Source: an uncultured Bacteroidota bacterium (GTDB lineage Bacteria > Bacteroidota > Bacteroidia > Flavobacteriales > Flavobacteriaceae). From it: 64,000 bases of DNA. The stretch spans positions 16,265 through 80,264 of the forward strand of contig CACMHY010000007.1 of the NCBI GenBank assembly GCA_902613595.1, written 5' to 3'. The notes under the pieces are model-generated. The model was not told the DNA's origin. It searched no databases and worked only from the letters and a program-made list of their open reading frames with translations. Made by a program: the position numbers and the translations under genes. Positions 20,575-28,505 of this stretch are shown here, in pieces. How positions within the stretch are numbered: position 1 is the first letter of the stretch; each line of letters starts with the position of its first letter.

Positions 20575-22542
20575 TTGATATCAAAAAAAACAATAGATGA
20601 AGTATTTCAAACAGCAAGGGTTGAAGAGGTTATATCAGACTTTATTACATTGAAAAAAGCAGGCTCAAATTTTAAGGGACTAAGTCCTTTTTCTAATGAA
20701 CGAACCCCAAGTTTCATGGTCTCGCCAGTTAAACAAATTTGGAAAGATTTTAGTAGTGGAAAGGGGGGAAATATTGTTGCATTTTTAATGGAGCATGAAC
20801 ATTTCAGCTATCCAGAAGCAATAAAATACTTAGCAAATAAATACAACATTGAGATAGAGGAAACAGTTTCCAATGAAGAGGAGAAAGAAAAAAGAAATCA
20901 TTTAGAAAGCCTTTATTTGTTAAATCAATTTGCCAACAAAAATTTTTCGAAAAATCTATGGGAATCTACTGAGGGCAACACAATTGGTTTAAGTTATTTT
21001 AAAGAAAGAGGCTTCGATGAAAAGACCATACGTCTTTTTGATTTAGGATATGCACTTAAAAAATTTGATAATCTTTATAACGAGTCATTGCGATGTGGGT
21101 ATGAGAAAGAGTATCTTTTAAAGACTGGGTTAGTTATGAAAAATGAGAGAGGGTACATAGATCGCTTTAGAGGGAGAGTCATTTTTCCAATTAAGAGTAT
21201 GTCAGGTAGAATTCTTGGATTTGGTGCAAGAACACTAAATACTCTTCTCAATACTGCTAAGTATCTTAATTCACCTGAAAGTGAAACTTACAGTAAAGGA
21301 GAAGTTCTGTACGGTTTATATGAGGCAAAAAAAGCAATAGCGAGAGAGGACTCATGTTATTTAGTTGAAGGATACACTGATGTCATTCAAATGTATCAAA
21401 AGGGTATTGAAAATACAGTTTCTTCATCGGGAACTGCTCTAACAATTCATCAAATAAGGTTAATTAGAAGATTAACCCAAAACATAGTTGTTTTATTTGA
21501 TGGTGATTCAGCTGGACAAAAGGCAGCAATTAGAGGAATAGATTTAATTTTACAAGAAGGCATGAATGTCAGAGTTTGCTTTTTTCCTAATGGAGAAGAT
21601 CCTGATAGTTATTCCAGAGCTAATCAATCAGAAAAGATAAAAGCATATCTCCACGAAGAAGCTAAAGATTTTATTCAATTTAAAATTGATCTTTTAGCAA
21701 AAGAATCTGCTGGTGATCCAATTAAAAAAGCTAAAACCATTCGAGATATTGTTTCAAGTATATCAAAAATACCTGATACTATAAAACAAGAAATTTATAT
21801 TCAAGAATGTTCCGTTAGAATGAAAGTCTCTGAGCAAGTTTTATCCAGTGCACTCGCTCAAGAGAAAAATAAAAAAAGGAAACTGAAAAAAAATGACCTA
21901 GGAATTGTAAAGACTCAAGAAAACATTCATTTAAAGCAAAATTTTAATAAATCAAATTTAAATAATCCAATTGTTAATCTTGAAAAACAGATAGTAAGTA
22001 TACTCGTTCATTATGGAAGTGATGAAGCTTTTTTTGATGAAAGTTTAATTTTTTCTGATTCGGAAGGAAATTTAATTGAGGAATCTAAAACCGTTCAATC
22101 AAAAGTTTACGAAAAAGTGTTTTTAGATTTACAACAAGATGAGATAGAAATGGTTCAGCCTGAGTACCAGTCGCTATATAAACAGATAATTGATTCTTAT
22201 CAACGAGAAGGTGAAATTAGACCTGAAAAAATAATTCAACAAAAGGAAAATAAAATAGGCAATTTACTAACTGATATATTGTTGTCAGATGAAGAACACC
22301 AGCTTCATAATTGGAAAAAGAAAAATATCTTTGTTAAAGATCGAAAAAGTGCTGTAGGTCAATTGGTAAGCGAAACTATTTTAACTTTTAGACGATACCT
22401 CGTCGATCAAAAAATTCAAAATCTTGTCAAGAATGCTAAAAGTAAACCAAAAAATTATAATGAAGTGGAGTTTTTAGAAGAAGTAATGCAGTATCAAAAT
22501 TTAAAAAAATTACTTTCACTTAAGTTGAATAGGGTTATTTAA
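20575..22542 (+). CDS. dnaG: DNA primase
   Basis: 655 aa. Conserved N-terminal primase domain 'PFSNERTPSFMVSP', TOPRIM 'LVEGYTDV...LFDGDSAG'. The zinc ligands are substituted (see findings). Confidence 0.92.
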   Translation: MISKKTIDEVFQTARVEEVISDFITLKKAGSNFKGLSPFSNERTPSFMVSPVKQIWKDFSSGKGGNIVAFLMEHEHFSYPEAIKYLANKYNIEIEETVSNEEEKEKRNHLESLYLLNQFANKNFSKNLWESTEGNTIGLSYFKERGFDEKTIRLFDLGYALKKFDNLYNESLRCGYEKEYLLKTGLVMKNERGYIDRFRGRVIFPIKSMSGRILGFGARTLNTLLNTAKYLNSPESETYSKGEVLYGLYEAKKAIAREDSCYLVEGYTDVIQMYQKGIENTVSSSGTALTIHQIRLIRRLTQNIVVLFDGDSAGQKAAIRGIDLILQEGMNVRVCFFPNGEDPDSYSRANQSEKIKAYLHEEAKDFIQFKIDLLAKESAGDPIKKAKTIRDIVSSISKIPDTIKQEIYIQECSVRMKVSEQVLSSALAQEKNKKRKLKKNDLGIVKTQENIHLKQNFNKSNLNNPIVNLEKQIVSILVHYGSDEAFFDESLIFSDSEGNLIEESKTVQSKVYEKVFLDLQQDEIEMVQPEYQSLYKQIIDSYQREGEIRPEKIIQQKENKIGNLLTDILLSDEEHQLHNWKKKNIFVKDRKSAVGQLVSETILTFRRYLVDQKIQNLVKNAKSKPKNYNEVEFLEEVMQYQNLKKLLSLKLNRVI

Positions 22543-23090
22543 ATTATTTGAAGATTAAGCACCTGTTGGTAAAGATCTGTTTCATTATTTACGCACAACT
22601 TTTTCATTAACTTATTTTTATAGGCATCAGTTGTTTTTTGACTTAGGCCTAAAGGTTCTGCTATTTGATTTTTTGTTTTTCCTATCTTAAGGAATTTAAG
22701 TACCTCGATTTCTTGTTTTTAAATATTTTTTAATTTTTTTTATGGTGGGGATTAATATTTTCTTATCAACTTTTTGGATAAGTATCCTGATTCATCAGCT
22801 TTGATTAAATCAATTTGACATTTTGATTGAGATTGTGAGGTAAAAATCATAAACATAATTTTTGGGTATAGTCTTTTTTATTTTCGGATAGTTTTATTGC
22901 AATTCAATTTTGAAATCTCATTTCCATTATTACTGGGTCTATAGAGTTTTCTTCTACGAAGGGGAAAAAGTCATTGATATCCTCAAAGGCACCTATAACT
23001 CAAATTAAATTATTTTTTTGAAATAGGCATTGATGCCTCTCAAAACTAATGGATGTAGATCAAGTGTTTCAAGTTTAAGCAAACCGATAA
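22539..23090 (-). pseudogene. decayed NarL/LuxR-family two-component response regulator
   Basis: My translation of the minus strand gives receiver-domain and LuxR-HTH segments spread over three frames with multiple stops. The last 59 codons, 'KQEIEVLKFLKIGKTKNQIAEPLGLSQKTTDAYKNKLMKKL...', form a clear LuxR-type HTH. There is no start codon or intact ORF. Confidence 0.7.
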
Positions 23091-23106
23091 ATTTTTAATC
23101 AATAGA

Positions 23107-23898
23107 TCAAAGAAAATTATCTGGTATATGACACACAGGTATTGGATTCATTTTGTGTTGATTTTTCTTGTAGAAATCTAGATATATATTATAGACTTCC
23201 CTTTCTCTTGGATTAAAACTAGATTTGGATAACTTATTCTTTTGAGCATTCATAGCCCACTCTAACTCAACATAACTTGCTCCAATTTGATCTTCATCAG
23301 TGCGGTTGTCTTCCCACAAACCGTCGGTTGGTGCAGCTTTTTGTATTGAATCCGATATATTTAGATACTTTGCGAGTGAAAAAACCTGAGTTTTATTTAA
23401 ATCTGCTATAGGACTAATGTCTACACCTCCATCTCCATATTTTGTATAAAAACCAACTCCAAAATCTTCTACTTTATTTCCAGTCCCTGCAACCAGATAT
23501 TTATTTATTGCGGCGAAATAATATAAGCTTGTCATCCTCAATCTAGCGCGGGTATTTGCTAAGCTGTGAAATTGGGCCTCTTTATTGTCTGTTTCGGGGA
23601 GCATACTAATGAACGAGGAGAAAACTTTGTCTAAAGATATTCTTAATGAAGACACATTTTTAAATTTTTTTTTCAACCATTCTATATGATCCGAAGCCCT
23701 AGAATCTTGTGACGATTGTTGTTTGATTGGCATTTCTAAACAAAGTAATTTTAAGTCGGTTTTTGCACAAAGGGTAGAGGTTACTGCTGAGTCAATGCCA
23801 CCAGATACACCAACAACAAAACCTTGCATATTAGATTTTTTAGAATAATTCACTAGCCATTTTACAATATGTTTTGCTACTTTTTCTTTTGATTTCAT
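23107..23898 (-). CDS. nadE: NH3-dependent NAD+ synthetase
   Basis: 263 aa. PP-loop 'GVSGGIDSAV'. Confidence 0.93.
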   Translation of the reverse strand: MKSKEKVAKHIVKWLVNYSKKSNMQGFVVGVSGGIDSAVTSTLCAKTDLKLLCLEMPIKQQSSQDSRASDHIEWLKKKFKNVSSLRISLDKVFSSFISMLPETDNKEAQFHSLANTRARLRMTSLYYFAAINKYLVAGTGNKVEDFGVGFYTKYGDGGVDISPIADLNKTQVFSLAKYLNISDSIQKAAPTDGLWEDNRTDEDQIGASYVELEWAMNAQKNKLSKSSFNPREREVYNIYLDFYKKNQHKMNPIPVCHIPDNFL

Positions 23899-23905
23899 AA
23901 TTTAA

Positions 23906-24946
23906 ATGTTAAAATCTAAATTTATACAAAATTACATTTTTGTAAATATGATAGCAAATCAAATGCCATTAGGTAAACCTTTTTTTTATTATTCTCAATT
24001 GTATAGTTTTATTTTTGGTTTATTTATTTTTTTTACTTCCTGCAACAATCAAAAAAATAATGAAAATAGAAAACCAATTTCATTAACCTTTGAAAGATTT
24101 GATTTGAAATTCTATAATCAACCATCAGGAGTTATTCCAAAATTGAAAAAAGAATATTCTTTTTTATTTCCAAAGCAATTTTCAGATAGCACATGGATAA
24201 AAAGACAGAAAGACAGTTTACAATTAATTCTGCAAAACGCTGTTCAAAATGAGTTCCCAGATTTATTAGATATTGAAAGTGAAATAACAGACCTATTTGA
24301 AAAAATAAATTTTCAATTCCCAAAAATTAATTTATCCAGGGTCATTTTTCTAACTAATAATGTTGATTATCAATTAAAAACGGTATACGGTGATAGCATA
24401 CTTTTGATTTCTCTAGACACTTTCTTGGGATCAAATCATAACCTTTACAATGGTATACCAAATTATATTAGAAAAGAATTAGACAGAAAATACATAATGC
24501 CTCAAATATTAGAAAAATTTGCTTCATATAGCATTCCTTCTACTAAAGAAAGAACTTTTCTTGCAAAAATTTTATATGAGGGAAAAAAAATGTATTTAAA
24601 AGATAAATTTCTACCTCACTTGCAGGACAAAATAAAAATTGCTTACAGTGATGATGAAATTAAATGGGTAAAAAATAATGAACGATTTATTTGGCAGTAT
24701 TTTATAGAAAAACAACTTTTATATAAGACTGATTCAGAATTGACAGAGCGTTTCATAGAACCTGCCCCTTTTTCAAAATTTTATTTACAAATTGATAATG
24801 AATCTCCAGGTAAAATAGGCGTTTGGATTGGATGGCAAATTGTAAGAAGTTTTTTTAAGCATAATCCAGAATTTCCTCTAATTGAGTTTCTTAATCTTTC
24901 TTCACAAGAACTTTTTAATTTTTCAAAATATAAACCTCAAAGATAA
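23906..24946 (+). CDS. gldB: gliding-motility lipoprotein GldB
   Basis: 346-aa ORF with lipobox 'FFTSCNN'. Followed directly by gldC, as in described Flavobacterium gldB-gldC operons. The true start is probably the internal ATG at 23948 or 23963. Confidence 0.75.
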   Translation: MLKSKFIQNYIFVNMIANQMPLGKPFFYYSQLYSFIFGLFIFFTSCNNQKNNENRKPISLTFERFDLKFYNQPSGVIPKLKKEYSFLFPKQFSDSTWIKRQKDSLQLILQNAVQNEFPDLLDIESEITDLFEKINFQFPKINLSRVIFLTNNVDYQLKTVYGDSILLISLDTFLGSNHNLYNGIPNYIRKELDRKYIMPQILEKFASYSIPSTKERTFLAKILYEGKKMYLKDKFLPHLQDKIKIAYSDDEIKWVKNNERFIWQYFIEKQLLYKTDSELTERFIEPAPFSKFYLQIDNESPGKIGVWIGWQIVRSFFKHNPEFPLIEFLNLSSQELFNFSKYKPQR

Positions 24947-25278
24947 TGGCAACAGAAAAAAAAACACAAATAATTATTGATGTCGATTTAGATGAAAATA
25001 AAGTACCAGAAAAAATTAGTTGGTCTGCAAAAGATGGGGGCATTTCTAACATGCAATCAAAAGCAATATTACTTTCATTTTGGGATTCAAAAAAACAAGA
25101 AACACTTAAAATGGATTTATGGGTAAAAGATATGCCTATTGATCAAATGAAATTATTTTTCCATCAAACGTTCTTGTCAATGAGTGAATCATTTTACAGA
25201 GCAACAAACGACGAAAAAATGACTGCTGCAATAAGAGATTTCTGTGATTATTATGCAGAGGCTTTGAAGTTAAAATAG
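24946..25278 (+). CDS. gldC: gliding-motility-associated protein GldC
   Basis: 110 aa. 'VDLDENKVPEKISWSAKDGG...FWDSKKQETLKMDLWVKDMPIDQMKLFFHQT' matches my recollection of GldC. Start overlaps the gldB stop. Confidence 0.8.
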   Translation: MATEKKTQIIIDVDLDENKVPEKISWSAKDGGISNMQSKAILLSFWDSKKQETLKMDLWVKDMPIDQMKLFFHQTFLSMSESFYRATNDEKMTAAIRDFCDYYAEALKLK

Positions 25279-25280
25279 AA

Positions 25281-25895
25281 TTAAGCTCTCTTATACTTAT
25301 AAAATTCTGAATTAAGAATTTTAATATACTCTAAGATTCTGTCGTTTCCTGTCTTTTTTTTAGAAGATGTTACAAACATAGGGGGATTAGAATCCCAATT
25401 TTTATTCAAAACATTTTTATATTTCAGAACATTTGTTTCTATAGAATTATTTTTAAGCTTATCAGATTTTGTAAAAATTATAGCAAAAGAAATGAAATTT
25501 TTATTCAGCCAAATCATAAAATCAAGATCGTAACTCTGTGGTTCGTGACGAATATCAATTAGTAAAAAAGCATTGATTAATTGTTTTCTTTTTTTAAAAT
25601 AATTTTTTGTGAGATTTCGAATTTCTTCTTTTTTAGTTTTAGATATCCTGGCATACCCATAACCCGGTAGATCAACTAGATACCAGCTTTCATTTATAAG
25701 ATAATGGTTAATTAAAATTGTTTTTCCTGGAGTAGATGAAGTTTTAGCTAAATTTTTCTTGTCACATATTGAATTAATTAATGATGACTTACCTACATTT
25801 GATCTTCCAATAAAAGCATATTCTGGTAAAAAATTTTGTGGACACATAGCAACATTAGTGTTACTCATTATAAAACGACTAGAATTAATTTGCAT
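25281..25895 (-). CDS. engB: ribosome-biogenesis GTPase YihA/YsxC
   Basis: 204 aa. G1 'GRSNVGKSSLIN', G3 'DLPGYG', G4 'TKSDK'. Confidence 0.9.
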   Translation of the reverse strand: MQINSSRFIMSNTNVAMCPQNFLPEYAFIGRSNVGKSSLINSICDKKNLAKTSSTPGKTILINHYLINESWYLVDLPGYGYARISKTKKEEIRNLTKNYFKKRKQLINAFLLIDIRHEPQSYDLDFMIWLNKNFISFAIIFTKSDKLKNNSIETNVLKYKNVLNKNWDSNPPMFVTSSKKKTGNDRILEYIKILNSEFYKYKRA

Positions 25896-25902
25896 GTTTT
25901 TT

Positions 25903-26694
25903 CTAGAAATTAGAAGTTTCTAGCCAATCTTCTAGAATAGAATTAAATTCATCTGGATGCTCCATCATAGGGGCGTGACCACATTTGTCAATCCAATATA
26001 AAATTGAATTAGGGAGTAATTCATGAAATTCTTCAGCAACATTTGGGGGAGTCACAGTATCTTGTCTACCCCAAATTATTGCGGTTGGGATTTTTATTTT
26101 GGGTAATTCGTTAGCCATATTATGCCTTATTGCACTTTTCGCAAGCGCTAATGTCCGAATTAACTTATTTCTGTTATTAACTGTTTCAAAAACTCCATCC
26201 ACGATTTCTTTACTGGCAATTTTTGGGTCAAAAAATACAGCCTCACTTTTTTTCTTAATGTATTGATAATCTCCACGTTTTGGATAACCATCACCCATAT
26301 TATTCTCGTATAAGCCAGAGCTTCCTGTAAGAACAAGGCCTTTCACCAATTCTGGATATTTTTTTATGAAAAGTAGACCAACATGACCTCCTAGAGAGTT
26401 ACCAAGTAAAATTATATCTCTAAGCTTCTTAAATGATATAAATTTGTGAAGATAATCTGATAGGGATTTTACTGATGTGTTAAGAATTGGTAATGAATAA
26501 ACTGGGAGTTCAGGTATAATTACTCGGTATTTTTTGTTTGGGAAATAATTCATTACCCCTGAGAAATTACTTAGTCCACCCATTAAGCCATGGAGGATAA
26601 TAATTGGTTGTCCAATACCAGATTCTACATATCGAAATTCATGTTTTTGTATTATTTTATCCATATTCCCTTGTACTGGAAAATTATAGACCAA
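25903..26694 (-). CDS. alpha/beta-fold hydrolase
   Basis: 263 aa. Oxyanion 'LHGLMG', nucleophile elbow 'GNSLGG', C-terminal 'CGHAPMMEHP'. Confidence 0.8.
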   Translation of the reverse strand: MVYNFPVQGNMDKIIQKHEFRYVESGIGQPIIILHGLMGGLSNFSGVMNYFPNKKYRVIIPELPVYSLPILNTSVKSLSDYLHKFISFKKLRDIILLGNSLGGHVGLLFIKKYPELVKGLVLTGSSGLYENNMGDGYPKRGDYQYIKKKSEAVFFDPKIASKEIVDGVFETVNNRNKLIRTLALAKSAIRHNMANELPKIKIPTAIIWGRQDTVTPPNVAEEFHELLPNSILYWIDKCGHAPMMEHPDEFNSILEDWLETSNF

Positions 26695-26781
26695 ATATAG
26701 ACATTTACTACTTAGATTATATCTTAAATTTTAATCCAATCATTAAGACACTAGTGTCTGGAAGTGTCAAAACTTATTAAC

Positions 26782-26811
26782 AATGTGGTAAAATGTGGTA
26801 AAATGTGGTAA
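26782..26811 (+). promoter_or_regulatory. three perfect tandem 10-bp repeats AATGTGGTAA; candidate MraZ operator
   Basis: Copies at 26782-26791, 26792-26801 and 26802-26811 are identical. They lie 36 nt upstream of the mraZ start. 10-bp phasing of a GTGG core matches the known MraZ direct-repeat operator logic. Confidence 0.6.
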
Positions 26812-26819
26812 ATAAAATA

Positions 26820-26827
26820 TATATTTG
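26820..26827 (+). promoter_or_regulatory. candidate dcw/mraZ promoter -7 box (TATATTTG)
   Basis: Exact TAnnTTTG match 20 nt upstream of the mraZ GTG start, directly after the repeat array. Confidence 0.4.
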
Positions 26828-26846
26828 ATATAAATCTTTATAAAAA

Positions 26847-27314
26847 GTGGTACATCTTATTGGTTCATATGAATGTAAAGTTGACACTAAGGGTCGCGTT
26901 ATGATGCCAGTTTCTTTAAAAAAACAACTTTCCAAGCTGGTTAATGAGGGCTTTGTACTGAAACGTGCGGTTTTCAACCCGTGTGTCGAAATGTATCCTG
27001 TAAATGAGTGGTCAAAGCTTATGAATAAATTAAATGGCTTAAATAGATTTAACAAAAAGAATAACGATTTTATTCGTCGATTTACTGCAGGTGTAAAAAA
27101 GGTTGACATGGACATTTCGGGAAGATTTCTTATTCCTAAAGATTTAATAAAACATGCTAGCATAGATAAGCAAATTGTAGTTTCTTCGGCAGTGAACATA
27201 CTTGAAATTTGGGACAAATCGACATATGAGAATGTAATTAATGAAGCTGCTATCAACTTTGGATCGCTAGCTGAACAAGTAATGGGTGACAAAAATGATG
27301 AATATATATCATAA
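26847..27314 (+). CDS. mraZ: transcriptional regulator MraZ
   Basis: 155 aa. Two SpoVT/AbrB-like halves with 'DTKGRVMMP' and 'DISGRFLIP'. First gene of the dcw cluster. Confidence 0.93.
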   Translation: MVHLIGSYECKVDTKGRVMMPVSLKKQLSKLVNEGFVLKRAVFNPCVEMYPVNEWSKLMNKLNGLNRFNKKNNDFIRRFTAGVKKVDMDISGRFLIPKDLIKHASIDKQIVVSSAVNILEIWDKSTYENVINEAAINFGSLAEQVMGDKNDEYIS

Positions 27315-28197
27315 TTCAGTTTTAACAAATGAGGCAATAAAAGGATTGAAAATTTATCCAGAGGGAGTTTATGTTGATGTTACATTCGGAGGAGGAGGTC
27401 ATTCAAAAGCCATATTAAAAAAATTAAATAGTAATGGAAAATTATTTGGTTTTGATCAAGATCCTGACTCATTTGAAAATAAAATAGATGATAGTCGTTT
27501 TGAATTAATACTTGCAAATTTCTCTTATTTAACTCACTATTTAAAATATTATGAAATAGATTATGTTGATGGGATATTAGCAGATTTAGGTGTTTCATCC
27601 CATCAACTAAATAAGAAATCTAGAGGTTTTTCAATACGTAAATCTAGTAGATTAGATATGCGGATGAATAAATCACAAACTTTGGATGCATATAAGGTAG
27701 TTAACTCCTATGATGAGAGAGCACTAGTAAATATTTTTAAAGGATATGGCGAGTTAAGAAATGCAAAAAAAATTACACAGTACATTTTAAATCATAGAAA
27801 AAATAATGAAATAAAGACAACTTTTGATCTGATTGATGTTTTAAAACCAATAATTCCAATAAAATCAAAAAATAAATTTTTAGCTCAAATTTTTCAAGCA
27901 ATTCGTATTGAGGTTAATAATGAGTTAGAAGTATTAAAATCATTTTTAAAGCAGTCCTCCAATCTGCTTAAGCCTGGCGGTCGAATTGTTTGCATATCAT
28001 ATCATTCACTCGAAGACCGTTATGTAAAATATTTTTTTCAAAATGGGAATTTCCATAAAAATGTGGAAAAGGATTTTTTTGGCAATCCATTAAAAGTACT
28101 TTTTAAAGTGGGTAAATTAATTATTCCATCTATAGAAGAGATAAAAATGAACCCTAGATCTAGAAGCGCAAAACTTAGAATTGCAGAAAAAAAATGA
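27286..28197 (+). CDS. rsmH: 16S rRNA (cytosine1402-N4)-methyltransferase
   Basis: 303 aa. 'HNSVL', SAM site 'DVTFGGGGHS', 'ISYHSLEDR'. The start is possibly a few codons downstream (ATG ATG at 27295). Confidence 0.93.
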   Translation: MTKMMNIYHNSVLTNEAIKGLKIYPEGVYVDVTFGGGGHSKAILKKLNSNGKLFGFDQDPDSFENKIDDSRFELILANFSYLTHYLKYYEIDYVDGILADLGVSSHQLNKKSRGFSIRKSSRLDMRMNKSQTLDAYKVVNSYDERALVNIFKGYGELRNAKKITQYILNHRKNNEIKTTFDLIDVLKPIIPIKSKNKFLAQIFQAIRIEVNNELEVLKSFLKQSSNLLKPGGRIVCISYHSLEDRYVKYFFQNGNFHKNVEKDFFGNPLKVLFKVGKLIIPSIEEIKMNPRSRSAKLRIAEKK

Positions 28198-28505
28198 AAA
28201 ATTTAAAATCCTTCTTAAACATAGACTTTTTGATTAAAGAAAATTCTTTAAAAAACTGGAAAATGATCCTATTTATTTCAATGTTAGCTATCATTATGAT
28301 TTCAAGTGGTCATAGCGCAGACAAAAAAATTTTTAAAATATCTTCACTTAATTTTAACATAAAGTCTTTGAAAAGTGATTTTATTCAACTCAAAGAAGAG
28401 CTTTTGATATTAAAAAAAGAATCTTCTGTCACCCAAAAGTTATTATCTAGAGGTTTGGGTCCAGCATCGCAACCACCTTTAAAAATTATAATAACTGATG
28501 GGTGA
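28194..28505 (+). CDS. ftsL: FtsL-like single-pass cell-division protein
   Basis: 103 aa. One TM segment ('MILFISMLAIIMISSG') followed by a coiled-coil-like segment. Canonical position between rsmH and ftsI. ATGA overlap with rsmH. Confidence 0.65.
   Translation: MKNLKSFLNIDFLIKENSLKNWKMILFISMLAIIMISSGHSADKKIFKISSLNFNIKSLKSDFIQLKEELLILKKESSVTQKLLSRGLGPASQPPLKIIITDG

Noticed and set aside
26782-26811. Possible CRISPR-like array (tandem repeats)
   Set aside because: The repeats are only 10 bp long, directly abutting with no spacers, and there are only three copies. No cas genes are present anywhere in the window. The array is interpreted as an operator instead.
26777-27337. 186-aa ORF on the minus strand spanning the mraZ region
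   Set aside because: It lies entirely antisense to the highly conserved mraZ and to the start of rsmH. Its translation has no family features and is Ser/Leu/Phe-rich, as expected for the antisense frame of an AT-rich gene. It would also run through the MraZ repeat and promoter region.
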